Origin: Chiloscyllium plagiosum
Lineage: Eukaryota
Length of the DNA stretch: 64,000 nt
Reading direction: 5' to 3'
NCBI RefSeq assembly: GCF_004010195.1
Contig: NC_057718.1
Coordinates: 32,132,791-32,196,790 of the forward strand
Within the stretch, counting starts at the first letter, position 1. Each line of letters begins with the position of its first letter. The notes beneath the pieces are model-generated. The model did no database searches, had not been told where the DNA came from, and saw only the letters and a program-made list of their open reading frames with translations. Below, in pieces: positions 1 to 11,065 of the stretch. A program made the position numbers and the translations under genes.

Positions 1-535
1 GACATCATCAGTGCTTGGGAGCCTGCTGCGAAGCGCTTCTTTGATGTTTCCTCCGGTGTTTATAGTGGCTTGTCCCTGCCGCTTCCGGTTGTCAGTTTCA
101 GCTGTCCGCTGTAGTGGTTGGTATATTGGGTCCAGGTCGATGTGTTTGTTGATGGAGTTTGTGGATGAATGCTATGCCTCTAGGAATTCCCTGGCTGTTC
201 TCTGTTTGGCTTGCCCTATGATAGTAGTGTTGTCTCAGTCGAATTCATGTTGCTTGTTGTCTGCGTGTGTGGCTACTAAGGATAGCTGGTCGTGTCGTTT
301 CGTGGCTAGTTGATGTTCATGTATGCGGATTGTTAGCTGCCTTCCTGTCTTCAACCGGAAGCGGCAGGGACAGACCACTATAAACACCGGAGGAAACATC
401 AAAGAAGCGCTTCGCAGGAGGCTCCCACGCACTGATGATGTCGCCTAGCCAGGGGACGAAACGTTTGCAACAAAAACTTTCAGCTCGGCGAACAGAACCA
501 CAACAACGTGCACCCGAGCTACAAATCTTCGCACA
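1..535 (-). mobile_element. Penelope-like element fragment: GIY-YIG C-terminal region (minus strand, ~90-350) plus inverted terminal repeat (pLTR)
   Basis: Minus-strand translation GRQLTIRIHEHQLATKRHDQLSLVATHADNKQHEF resembles a PLE GIY-YIG endonuclease C-terminus. 1-90 is the reverse complement of ~352-442, which is why both strands give LLRSASLMFPPVFIV.CPCRFRL. A hammerhead core lies in the inverted copy. Confidence 0.8.
429..468 (+). ncRNA. Minimal type I hammerhead ribozyme motif (PLE-associated)
   Basis: gca-CTGATGA-t-gtcgcc tagcca ggggac-GAAA-c-GTT-tgc: intact core, stem I gca/tgc, stem II with one mismatch, palindromic ACGT stem III. Confidence 0.7.
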
Positions 536-2230
536 AATATGATAGCCCCGCCATTGCGGGAATTGACCTCGTGAACCTATGCTCATCTCCCTCAATAGCT
601 AGAATGTCCTTCCTCAAATTTGGAGACCAAAACTGCACACAATACTCCAGGTCCAGTCTCACCAGGGCCCCGTACAGCTGCAGAAGGACCTCTTGGCTCC
701 TATACTCAATGCGTCTTGTTATGAAGGCCAGCATGCCATTAGCGTTCTTCACTGCCTGCTGTACCTGCATGCTTGCTTTCATTGACCGATGCACAAGAAC
801 ACGTAGATCTCGTTGTACTGCCCCTTTACCTAACTTGACTCCATTTAGATAGTAATCTGCCTTCAAAATGGATAACCACACATTTATCCACATTAAACTG
901 CATCTGCCATGCATCCGTCCACTCACCTAGCCTGTCCAGGTCACCCTGTATTCTCATAACATCCTCCTTTCATAACATCACATTTCACCCTGCCACCCAG
1001 CTTTGTGTCATCAGCAAATTTGCTAATATTACTTTTAATACCTTCATCTACATCATTAATGTATATTGTAAACAGCTGCGTTCCCAGCACTGAACCTTGT
1101 GGTTCCCCACTGGTCACCGCCTGCCATTCCGAAAGGGACCCGTGTATCAATACTCTTTGCTTCCTGTCAGCCAGCCAATTTTCAATCCAAGTCAGTATTT
1201 TGCCCCCATGTGCCCTAATTTTGATTACTAATCTCCCATGTGGGACTATATCAAAGACTTTCTGAAAGTTCAGGTACACAACATCCACTGGCTCTCCCTT
1301 GTCCATCTTCATAGTTAGATCCTCAAAAAATTCCAGAAGATTAGTCAAGCCCGATTTCCCCTTCATAAATCCATGCTGACTCTGACCTATCCAGTTACTG
1401 CTATCCAAATGAGTCGTAATTTCATCTTTTATAATTGACTCCAGCATCTTTCCCACCGCTGACATCAGGCTAACCGGTCCCTGTTTTCTCTCTCCCTCCT
1501 TTCTTGAAAAGTGGGCCAACATTAGCCACCCTCCAATCCGCAGGAACTGACCCTGAATGTATAGAACATTGGAAAATGATTACCAATGCGTCCACGATTT
1601 CTATACCCAGCTCCATAAGTACCCTGGGATGCAGACCATCAGGTCCTGGGGACTTAACAGCCTTCAGATCTAACACCATTTCCTGCCTAATATAAATTCC
1701 CTTCAGTTCATCCATTGGCCTAGGTCCTTCAGCCACTATTACACCTTGGAGATTGCTTGTGTCTTCCCCAGTGAAGGCAGATCCAAAGTACCTGTTCAAC
1801 TCTTCTGTTATTTCCTTGTTCCCCATAATAAATTCACCCGTTTCTGTCTTCAAGGGCCCAATTTTAGTCTTAACCTTTTTTTTCTTTTCACATACCTAAA
1901 AAACTTTTACTATCCTTCTTTATATTTTCGGACAGTTTGCCTTTGCACCTCATTTTTTCTCCGTGTATTGCCTTTTCAGTTATCCTCTGTTGCTCTTTAA
2001 AAGTTTCCCAGTCCTCTGGCTTCCCACTCATCTTTGCTATGTAATGCTTCTCTTTTATCTTTATACAGTCCTTAACTTCCCTCGTCAGCCACAGCTGTCC
2101 CTGCCTCCCCTTAGGATCTTTCTTCCTCTTTGGAATGAACCGATCCTGCACCTTCTGCATTATATCCAGAAATACCTGCCATTGTTGTTCCATGCCATCC
2201 CTGCTAGGGGATTGAACCATTGAACTTTGT
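536..2230 (-). mobile_element. CR1-clade LINE ORF2 fragment (RT), decayed
   Basis: ORFs with KSPGPDGLHPRVL, QHGFMKGKSGLTNLLEFFE, SGEPQGSVLG, SKFADDTKLGG and LEYCVQFWSP, with frameshifts between them. Confidence 0.95.
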
Positions 2231-3106
2231 GACTTAAAGTAATATACCCATCTACCTCATATCCCTGAATCGATCTCACATAGTTGCCATTGTCAGAGCA
2301 GAGTTCCAAACTGCTGCCACTCTACTACATATGTATCATTACCATTAGAGGTGACAGTGATGATTAATCAATCTCTTCCCTTCTCTTCTTACAATTGTGT
2401 GTCTGCATCTGTAGTGACAATACTTCATGCAGGAGATCCAAAGCTAATCAGTAACTTATATTGATGAGAAACAAATTGTATTTATGTGGCATCTTCCAAT
2501 TCCCCAGGTTTCTTGTGAGCACTACAGGGCCAATGAATTGCTGTTGTATGAATGTGACAGCCAATTATCAGACAGCAAGCAAGCAAGTATGTTGAACGGT
2601 TAGCTCATCATCTTCTAATGTTGTTGGTAAGGCGTAACAGGAAGAGAAGGGATGGATTGCAGATTTAACCCTAAGAACTCTTGAGAAGTAATTCTGTTTC
2701 TCAGCCTCATTTGCTTGATGTCTTGTACTTTTGTTAGGGACGTGTTTGTTGCCCATTATCTACTCATCACTGATAGTAATGTTCTGGATTGAGCTCCTTC
2801 CTGTTGCTTATTTGAATCAGTCTACCAATACTAAACTCTAACCTAGAAACACTGGTTAATACCTTGTTGGGAATATTAACCAACACGATATATTAATACA
2901 TATAGTGCAGTGATTTTTAACTAGGAGCAGGTTAAAAGACCTGAGAAAGGGGCTAAAAATACACAAGGTGTGGAAGGAAAGAATGATTGGAATTTTCCCA
3001 TCCCTTTATCCCTCTATGCTCCCAGATTAATGAGTTCAACACACGCTGCCACCTTGAACGTTTCTTCTGCCTCCTCCGCCTCCGGGCCCGCTTTTTCAAC
3101 CAAGAC

Positions 3107-3323
3107 AGTTCGCACATTCTCCCCGTGTCTGTGTGGGTTTCCTCTGGGGGCTCAGGTTTCCTCCCACAGTCCAAAGATGTGCCGGTCAGGTGGATTGGCC
3201 ATGCTAAATTGCCTTAGTCAGAGGGAAATGGGTCTGGGTGGGTTACTCTTTGGAGGGTCAGTGTGGAGTTGTTGGGCTGAAGGGCCTGTTTCCACACTGT
3301 AGGGAACCTAATCTAATCTAATC
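3107..3323 (+). mobile_element. HE1-type V-SINE, 5'-truncated, inside the PLE
   Basis: V-domain core (gcacattctccccgtgtctg...gtttcctcccacagtccaaagatgtg), HER1-like 3' end and (taatc)n tail. Confidence 0.9.
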
Positions 3324-4031
3324 ATAGCATCCACCCACTTACTGAGGACCCCTTCTGCTGCCTCCAACACACCCCATCTACCTGGACACCCTGTGCTGGC
3401 CTGTTACCTGCCTTTGACCTCTTCATTTCAAACTGCCGCTGTGACGTTGACCACCTCAACCTGTCCACCCCCCCGCACCCACTCTAACCTCCCACCCTTA
3501 CAACACGCAGCCCTCCGCTCCAACCCCAACCTCACCATCAAGCCCGCGGATAAAGGGGGCACAATAGTAGTGTGGCGCACTGATCTCTACACCACCGAAG
3601 TCAGGCACAATTCACAGACACATCTTCCTGCTGCCCCCTTGATCACGACCTCACCTCCCATCACCAAACCATCATCTCCCAGACCATGAATAACCTCATC
3701 ACCTCTGGCGTTCTCCCATTCACAGTCTCCAACCTCATTGTCCGTGAACCCTGCACTGCCCAGTTCTACCGCCTACTGAAGATTCACAAACCTGACTGCC
3801 ACGGTCGACCCATTGTCTCAGCCTGCGCCTGTCCCACTGAACTCATCTCGTCCTACCTTGACACCATCCTGCCCCCCTTAGTCCAGGAACTCCCCACCTG
3901 TGTTCGTGACACCACCCACGCCCTTCACCTCCTCCAAGATTTTCGTTTCCCCAGTGCCCAATGCCTCATCTTCACCATGGACATCCAGTCCCTGTGCACA
4001 TCGATCTGCCATGACGAAGGTCTCCAAGCCT

Positions 4032-4359
4032 AGGCGGCACGGTGGCACAGTGGTTAGCACTGCTGCCTCACAGTGCCAGAGACCCGGGTTCAATTCCCGC
4101 CTCAGGCGACTGACTGTGTGGAGTTTGCACGTTCTCCCCGTGTCTGCGTGGGTTTCCTCCGGGTGCTCTGGTTTCCTCCCACAGTCCAAAGATGTGCAGG
4201 TCAGGTAAATTTGCCATGCTAAAATTGTCCGTAGTGTTAGTTAAGGGGTACATGTAGGGGTATGGGTGGGTTGCGCTTTGGCGGGTCGGTGTGGACTTGT
4301 TGGGCCGAAGGGCCTGTTTCCACACTGTAAGTAATCTAAGTAATCTAATCTAATCTAAT
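4032..4359 (+). mobile_element. HE1-type V-SINE, full length, young
   Basis: tRNA-like head with A box (tggcacagtggttagc) and B box (ggttcaattcc), V-domain, (taatc)n tail; caagcc TSD; the PLE frame DEGLQA|LRLFL resumes across it. Confidence 0.95.
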
Positions 4360-5745
4360 CAAGCCCTCCGTTTATTCCTGTCACACCGTCCCAACCAGTT
4401 CCCTTCCACCAACACCCTCATCCGCCTGGCTGAACTGGTCCTCACCCTCAACAACTTCTCCTTCCAATCCTCCCACTTCCTCCAAATCAAAGGGGTAGCC
4501 TTGGGCACCCGCATGGGACCCAGCTATGCCTTTCTGTTTGTCGGATATGTGGAACAGTCCACTTTCCGTAGTTACACCAGCATCACCCACTACCTGTTCC
4601 TCCGCTACTGTATCGGCGTCACCTTGTGCTCCCACGAGGAGGTTGAACAATTCATTAACTTTACCAACTTCCACCCCAACCTCAAATTCACCTTGACCAT
4701 CTCGGACACCTTTGTCCCCTTCCTGGACCTCTCCATCACCGTCTGTGGCGACCAACTAATCACAGACATATACTACAAGTCCACTGACTCCCACAGCTAC
4801 CTAGACTACACCTCCTCCCGCCATGCCTCCTGTAAAAAAGCCACCCCTTATTCCCAATTCCTCCGCCTCTGCCACATCTGTTCCCAGGGTGAGCAATTCC
4901 ACCTCAGAAAGTCTCAGATCGCCTCCTTCTTCCATGATCGCAACTTGCCTTCCCACATGGTTGACGCTGCCCTCCAACGTATCTCTTCCATGTTCTGCAC
5001 CACCGCCCTTGAACCCCACCTCTCCCAATGCAAGTAGGACAGAACCCCTCCCGGTCCTCACCTTCCATGCCACCAACCTCCACCTATAACGCATCATCCT
5101 CTGCCACTTCTGCCACCTCCAAGTGGGCCTCACTACCAGAGATATATTTCCCACCCCACCTCTATCAGCATTCCAGAGAGACCATTCCCTCCATGACTTC
5201 CTCGTCAGGCCCACGCCCCCCACCAACCCACACTCCACTCCCCTCACTTCCATCCAAGGCCCGAAGGGGTCCTTCCACATATGTCAGAAATTTACCTGAC
5301 CTCTACCAATCTCATCTACTGCATCTGTTGCACCCGGTGTGGTCTCCTCTACATCGGGGAGACAGTTCGCCTATTTGCGATCGTTTCAGAGAACATCTCT
5401 GGGGCACCCTCACCCACCAACCCCACCGCCCCGTGGCTGAATACTTCAACTCCCCCTCCCACACCATCAAGGATTTGCAGGTCCTAGGCCTCCTCCACTT
5501 GATGCCTGGAGGAAGAACGCCTCATATTCCCCCATGGGATCCTGCAACCACACAGGATAAATATGGATTTCAACAGCTTCCCAGACCTAAGCCTCCAACT
5601 CGGCACCGCCCTCCTGACCTGTCCATTGCTCCCCCCCAACCTATCACCTTCTCCCTCACCTTCATCCACCTATCGCTTTCTCAGCTACTTTCCCCCTAAC
5701 TCCACCCCCCTCCCATTTATTTCTCAGCCCCGACCCACAAGCCTC

Positions 5746-5781
5746 ATTCCTGATGAGGGGCTTATGCCCGAAACATTGATT
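5746..5781 (+). ncRNA. PLE hammerhead motif, CpG-decayed at stem III
   Basis: attc-CTGATGA-g-gggc ttat gccc-GAAA-catt-gatt; compare the intact copies at 38525 and 41931. Confidence 0.65.
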
Positions 5782-5849
5782 CTCCTGCTCCTGGGATGCT
5801 GCCTGACCTGCTGTACTTTCCCAGCAACACACTCTTGTCTAGACAATTG

Positions 5850-7700
5850 TGGAACTGCTTCTTCAGAACAATGCCCATGGTTGCTTTATGGTCACCATCC
5901 TGCCTTGGCCCTTCATTCATGCAGGTGAGTATTGGCAAACTACCAGTCTCACCCATGTCATCATGCCTACTCCTGGGCTAACTCCCACACCATTTCAGTC
6001 TGTCAACACTTGGGAACTCGACGTCACATATGACTTTCTGCCAGGTCACTTTGCACACAGGGCCACATCTACACAGGATGCATCTTATGCCACTTAACTT
6101 GCTTTCTTCATGCTAACTCGCTGCTCTGTTTACTTGGACAGTACCAGCCCAATATTTCACATTGCTTTCTAAGAGCGTTCTCATTGTCTTCAGCACTAAC
6201 TTACAGGCTGCCAGCCTCTGTGGCTTTCATTGCTTGTCATCGCAGTAGGAGAAGCAAGCAAGGTGTGACAGTGGGGAACACTATTAAGCAAATCTATCCA
6301 TCAGTCCTATTGATTAGTTTAGATTCCCTACAGTGTGGTAACAAGCCCTTCGGCCCAACAGTCTAGACTGACCCTCTGAAGAGTAACCCACTCAGACCCA
6401 TTTCCATCTGACTAATGCAACTAGCACTATGGACAATTTAGCATGACCAATTCACCTGCCCTGCACATCTTTGGACTGTGGGAGGAAACTGGAGCATCCG
6501 GAGGAAACCCATGCAGACACGGGGAGAATGTGCAAACTCCACACAGACAGTTGTCCGAGGCTGGAATTGAACCTGGGACCCTGGTGCTGTGAGGCAACAG
6601 TGCTAACCACTGAGCCACAGTGCCACCCTGTGCCAGCAGTTCACCCTGCAAACCCAGTGCAGCTGCTTCAAGCATTTCTGGAATATTTTCAAAATCTTTG
6701 CCTGAAAGTCAAAGGGGAGCAGTTTTTAATGTGGTGAAGGAGAACTTCAGTCAGTCCGGGGGTATTGCCACTGTCAGTCAAGGGTCTCATCTGATTGCAC
6801 ACAGGGGTTGGTCCCAGTCAGTCAGGCTTTTGTTTGAGTTATAGTCCAGGGATCTGTGCTCTTGCAGGCCAGGTATTGGGCCACAGTCAGTCCTGTAGGT
6901 CAAGTGCAAGCATGTTGGACATGTGGGGTGTTGTTAAGTTATCAGGCCAGGGGTTGGGCCAGTTTTTCCTGCAATGAGACAAAGGGAGAAATTGAGAATG
7001 CTGCATGCGAATGGAAGAGCATTTAGTGGTGATGCAGGAGCAAGAGAGGTGGGGGGGTGTCCCCGCTGAGTGAGTAAGAAACATTGAGGGCAGAAAGGGT
7101 TTATCGTTCGGGAGTATGAGAACCAGTGAACGGACATGATGTATGCTGTGAGTTGTGGTCCTAGATCCTTGCTGAGATGGATGTGCAGTGGTAGAGTTAA
7201 AGAGAGTGAATTTGAGGTAGCAGGAAGAAAGTGCAGAACATAGAGGGTCATTGATCGTCTTTCTCAATTTCTGCTCCATAGAAGGCACCACAGCATAGCC
7301 AAGGGCTGAAATCTGTGTCTAGGCTGGCTGGGTCTGGTAGAGTGGCCTACTGTGGAAGTCAAGTGGAAAAACGATCTTCCCTCACTCTCTCACCACGCTA
7401 TCCACCAGCATTTCCAGGTCCTTGTCTATGAAGCCTTTCCCTTGGGCCATGTGTTCAGTAATAACGGTCAAATACTTCAGTGTGAAGGCTTGTTCTGGCC
7501 ACTCTGAAGTGGTTTGTAATTGTACTTTGAATATGAAGGAAGAGACCTCAATGTAGGAAGGTACTGGCAGTGATGAGCACTGCCACCTCGACAGTCACAT
7601 GACTTCCTGGTAAAGAATCAAAGACCTGGAACCCAGTGGCATGATTTTGCCGAGGTGCAGAGTGGAAGACTGCACTGTGCGTCATGGCTGAGCAGGTACC
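5850..7700 (-). mobile_element. Old PIF/Harbinger-like DNA transposon relic with Myb/SANT-like ORF remnant (~7247-7450)
   Basis: Minus frame MAQGKGFIDKDLEMLVDSVVRE*GKIVFP...QPA*TQISA...RKTIND resembles the Harbinger Myb/SANT domain; patchy nucleotide similarity to 52050-53450. Confidence 0.6.
6312..6628 (-). mobile_element. HE1-type V-SINE
   Basis: Reverse complement of the SINE at 4032-4359, head and tail present. Confidence 0.93.
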
Positions 7701-9209
7701 ATGAATCTCACCTGATAAAACAAATCTGATAGTGGGATCACTCTGCCAAATGTATTCAGGAAATAAGGGGAGCAGACCATGTAATAATGGGAAATATATT
7801 GAGACCCGCATTATTGAATAAACTGAACATGTGCAACTGTTTAAAATATAGATTTATATGTGACCCTTGAATGTTATGGATAATTGGGAATCATTGTGGA
7901 GATATTATACATTTGCTTTGTGTATTAAAGATCTCATGCCTGTATAAACAAAATTACAAAAAGAACAATTTAGTGTGTAGGATGCTTAGTGTCAGCTAAT
8001 ATTGCAATGATTGTCACATCATAACAGAGTGCAGTTTTGATTATGCTCCTTCCTCCTGTTTCAGCCTCCTGTTATTAAATTACAATTGTCAACTGCGTCT
8101 TTATTGGTAATTACCAGCAGCAAATTGCTGGCCTGTTTGCAATAGTTTACAGAGTCAGGCACAGTGAAGGTTCTAATCCTGCTGTTTGCTTTCATGATTT
8201 TGTATTGGCTTTCATTTTAATATGCTTTTTCCCGAAGAGAGAGGAAAAGAGGATTTGTTCCTTCTGTTTGTCTTCTGAAGTGGTACACCAGGCTCCCAGC
8301 TCCTTTCTCTGAATGTGTCATTGCAGGGCGTTTTCCTTTACATCTTGTATTTTCTTTTCCACGTGCAACCTCTGGTGAACCTGGTCAAAATCAGGATAGA
8401 TTTACTGTATGCCTATGAATATATCACATACTCATATTCCCTAGCTGTTAATGTTTATGATGCAATGAACACAGACAGTAAGGTAACAAGCATGTAAAAG
8501 GAGCCTTATGGAACTGTATGCATTGTAATGCGCAACTTGTTATATGTCAATTCTGTGTTACTTTGCACAAAGTAAGATGCCAATGAGGCTCAGCATTTTT
8601 TAGACAGCCAGATATTTTCTGTACTGCTGTGTCCACGATGCTCCCTTTAAACAGACTAAATTAGATTGCCTTCTAGCTGTATTTTTTTTTTAAAAACACC
8701 CTTGCAACTGTAAGAAAACAAGTCTTAACCCAATTGACTGCAAGCAGTCTCTGCTGTAACACTGATCAGCTGATTTTTAAATTTGGGCTGTGGTGGAGGT
8801 AGTTATGTGAATTATGACTTTGTGATCGGAACTTCCAAAGAGCCTCTTTTACCTATACTGAGCTGTGCACTTGAAAGGAGACACAGATTTATGAAGATGT
8901 GCCTTTTCTCCTTTCCCAGCCATGCTCAGAAGTTGGCCTTTTCATCTGAATTTCACAGCGCTGCTATAATCAGATTGAAATATTTCATAAGTAGCAGAAG
9001 GGCACTTGAAGTCACCTGTCCTCCATAGCTCCTATGATCTTGAATACAATTTGCCTTTCCCAGAGCTGTGAGGTTTCATTGATGCAAGTCCATCATTGTG
9101 ATTAGCTCAGAGGAGGCCAGTACTTAGCCCTGTATTTCTGAGAGAAGTAAGTTGCGCCAGTGGAGACAACAGTAGGAGATTGGCTCCCATCATACAGTGG
9201 CTTAGTGGT

Positions 9210-9527
9210 GGGTGGTGCGGTGGCTCAGTGGTTAGCACTGCTGCCTCACAGGTTCAATTCCAGCCTCAGGCGACTGTCTATGTGCAGTTTGCACATTCTT
9301 CCTGTGTCTGCATATGTTGCTTCCCACAGTCCAGAGATGTGCTGGTTAGGTGGATTGGCCATGCAAAACTGCCCATAAGTTCAGGGATGTGTAGGTCAAG
9401 TGAATTAATCAGGGGAAATGTAGAGTGACAGATTAGGGGAATGGGTCTGGGTAGGTTACTCTTCAGAGGGTCAGTGTGACCTTGTTTGGCGAAATGGCTT
9501 GTTCCCACACTGTAGGGATTCTATTTC
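9210..9527 (+). mobile_element. HE1-type V-SINE, older copy
   Basis: gtggctcagtggttagcactgctgcctcaca head; ...cacactgtagggattct tail. Confidence 0.9.
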
Positions 9528-10421
9528 TAAGTCAATCCCTGACTGCCATTTGAAGCAGACTTTTGAGGCCAGAGTTCCATTTAAAAAAAGTAGTTTTTAA
9601 GTCCTGTTTTTCCAGTGCCTTTAAGTGTTTTTGCATGACTGCTCACATGTTATTTATCATAAAACTAGGCCAGCACAATACCTTGTAGGCTGCTGCTTGG
9701 CTATACACGGACATTGTATAGTGGGAACATAGGCTGTGACAGCCAGCATGGACAGGCCTCTAACTTAAATTGGGGCAATTTGTTGCAATTATGTCATCCC
9801 TGCCATTTAAAGACAAAATTGTAAATGTCCAATGTGGTGTTGGGCATGCCAAGAAATTCTAAATCACTGAAGCTTTATTTCCTTGCTTCTTTTTGACTCA
9901 TATGATCTTTCTGCTATTTGTGATGTCAGGAAAGCTTCTATCTTCCAGATGACTCACGGTAGGAAAGAGATACAAGCTTTTTTATGCTTTATTTCCCTCA
10001 GTCAGCTTGCTGTTTGTAGTAGTCTATTATTGATAGTTTCTTCGGGGTGGAGAGGGGCACCTGGAGCGAGAGGAGCTGCAGTGGTCTCAAGAGCCTTAAA
10101 CTCAGCAGCTGAGTCCATCCAAACACAATGGGTGAGGGTCATGTTGGTGGGAAGCTGTTCCTGGCACTTGTGCAGTTTAGACCAAGATATACTTCCTTGG
10201 ATCTATCCGAAGATTAGTGCAACGGTGGCATGCTGTTTCTTGCAAAGACAAGAGGAGGCGTGGTGTTTTCCAGTCTCGAATTAAGTCACCTTGGTTCTTA
10301 ACTTTTTTGTCAGTGTCATAACAAAAAAAAATGGACTACTGGTTTTCAAATTCCACCATCCAATTTAATACATGGGACGTGTGGTGCTTATGGTCCACTG
10401 AATGGCCCAGATACCAGAGAA

Positions 10422-10615
10422 AGTACGACTTGTCAAGCAGCATCTGAAGAGCAGGGGAGTCAACATTTCAGGTCGGAACCTTTCATCAGGTAAGTCTGTG
10501 ACCTGAAATGTCGACTCCCCTGCTCCTCTGATACTGCTTGACCTGCTGTGCTTTTTGAGCTCCACACTTCACCGACTCTGACTTTCCAGCATCTACAATA
10601 CTCACTATCTTCCAA
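10422..10615. mobile_element. Short non-coding PLE-terminus element (head-to-head inverted pLTR halves) with 11-bp TSD
   Basis: gagcaggggagtcaacatttcaggtc / gacctgaaatgtcgactcccctgctc inverted pair; flanking ataccagagaa at 10411-10421 and 10616-10626. Confidence 0.75.
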
Positions 10616-10759
10616 ATACCAGAGAAGCCTTTTAGTAATAGTTACAGTGGCGTATTGAAGCTCCTCACTCTATAGAATTGGTCAGTCTTTAGTCAGGGCA
10701 CCATTCATTCAACATCTGTATTATGTAATCCTGCTATGATGTTTTCCCCCTTATTTGTT

Positions 10760-11065
10760 TGTTCACAGGATGTGGGTGTAGGCAGCATTTATTGTTCATC
10801 TCTAATTACCCAGAGAGCAGTTAAGAGTCAACCATATTGCTGTATGTCTAGAGTCACATGTAGGCTAGGCCAGGTAAAGATGGGAAAACCAAATGGGTGT
10901 CCCAGAACAATCGGCAATGGATTCATGGTCATCATTGGACTCTTCATTCCAGATTTGTTTTGACTGAATTCAAATTCTACCATCTGCTACAGCACGAATC
11001 AAATCCCATCTCCAGAACATTACCTGGGTCTCTGGATTTACTGTGCAGAGGTAATTACCACTGCC
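10760..11065 (-). mobile_element. tRNA-headed SINE-like repeat (second family)
   Basis: The reverse strand reads ccagagacccaggtaatgttctggagatgggatttgattc...gcagatggtagaatttgaattc and ends in aataaatgctg; related 3' ends occur near 42540-42640 and 56215-56260. Confidence 0.55.

Larger units (their letters stand above)
2998..5840 (+). mobile_element. Penelope-like element (RT + GIY-YIG), decayed, interrupted by two HE1 SINEs
   Basis: FFCLLRLRARFFNQD, IKPADKGG, KIHKPDCHGRPIVSACACPTE, IFTMDIQSL, GTRMGPSYA, PFLDLSI, YYKSTDSHSYL and IYCICCTRCGLLYIGET motifs, followed by a C-rich 3' region and a hammerhead-bearing terminus. Confidence 0.93.

Noticed and set aside
3878..4325. Recurrent peptides such as MDCGRKPEHPEETHADTGR and MWKQALRPNKS, seen many times in the window
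   Set aside because: Translations of HE1 SINE copies, not a gene family
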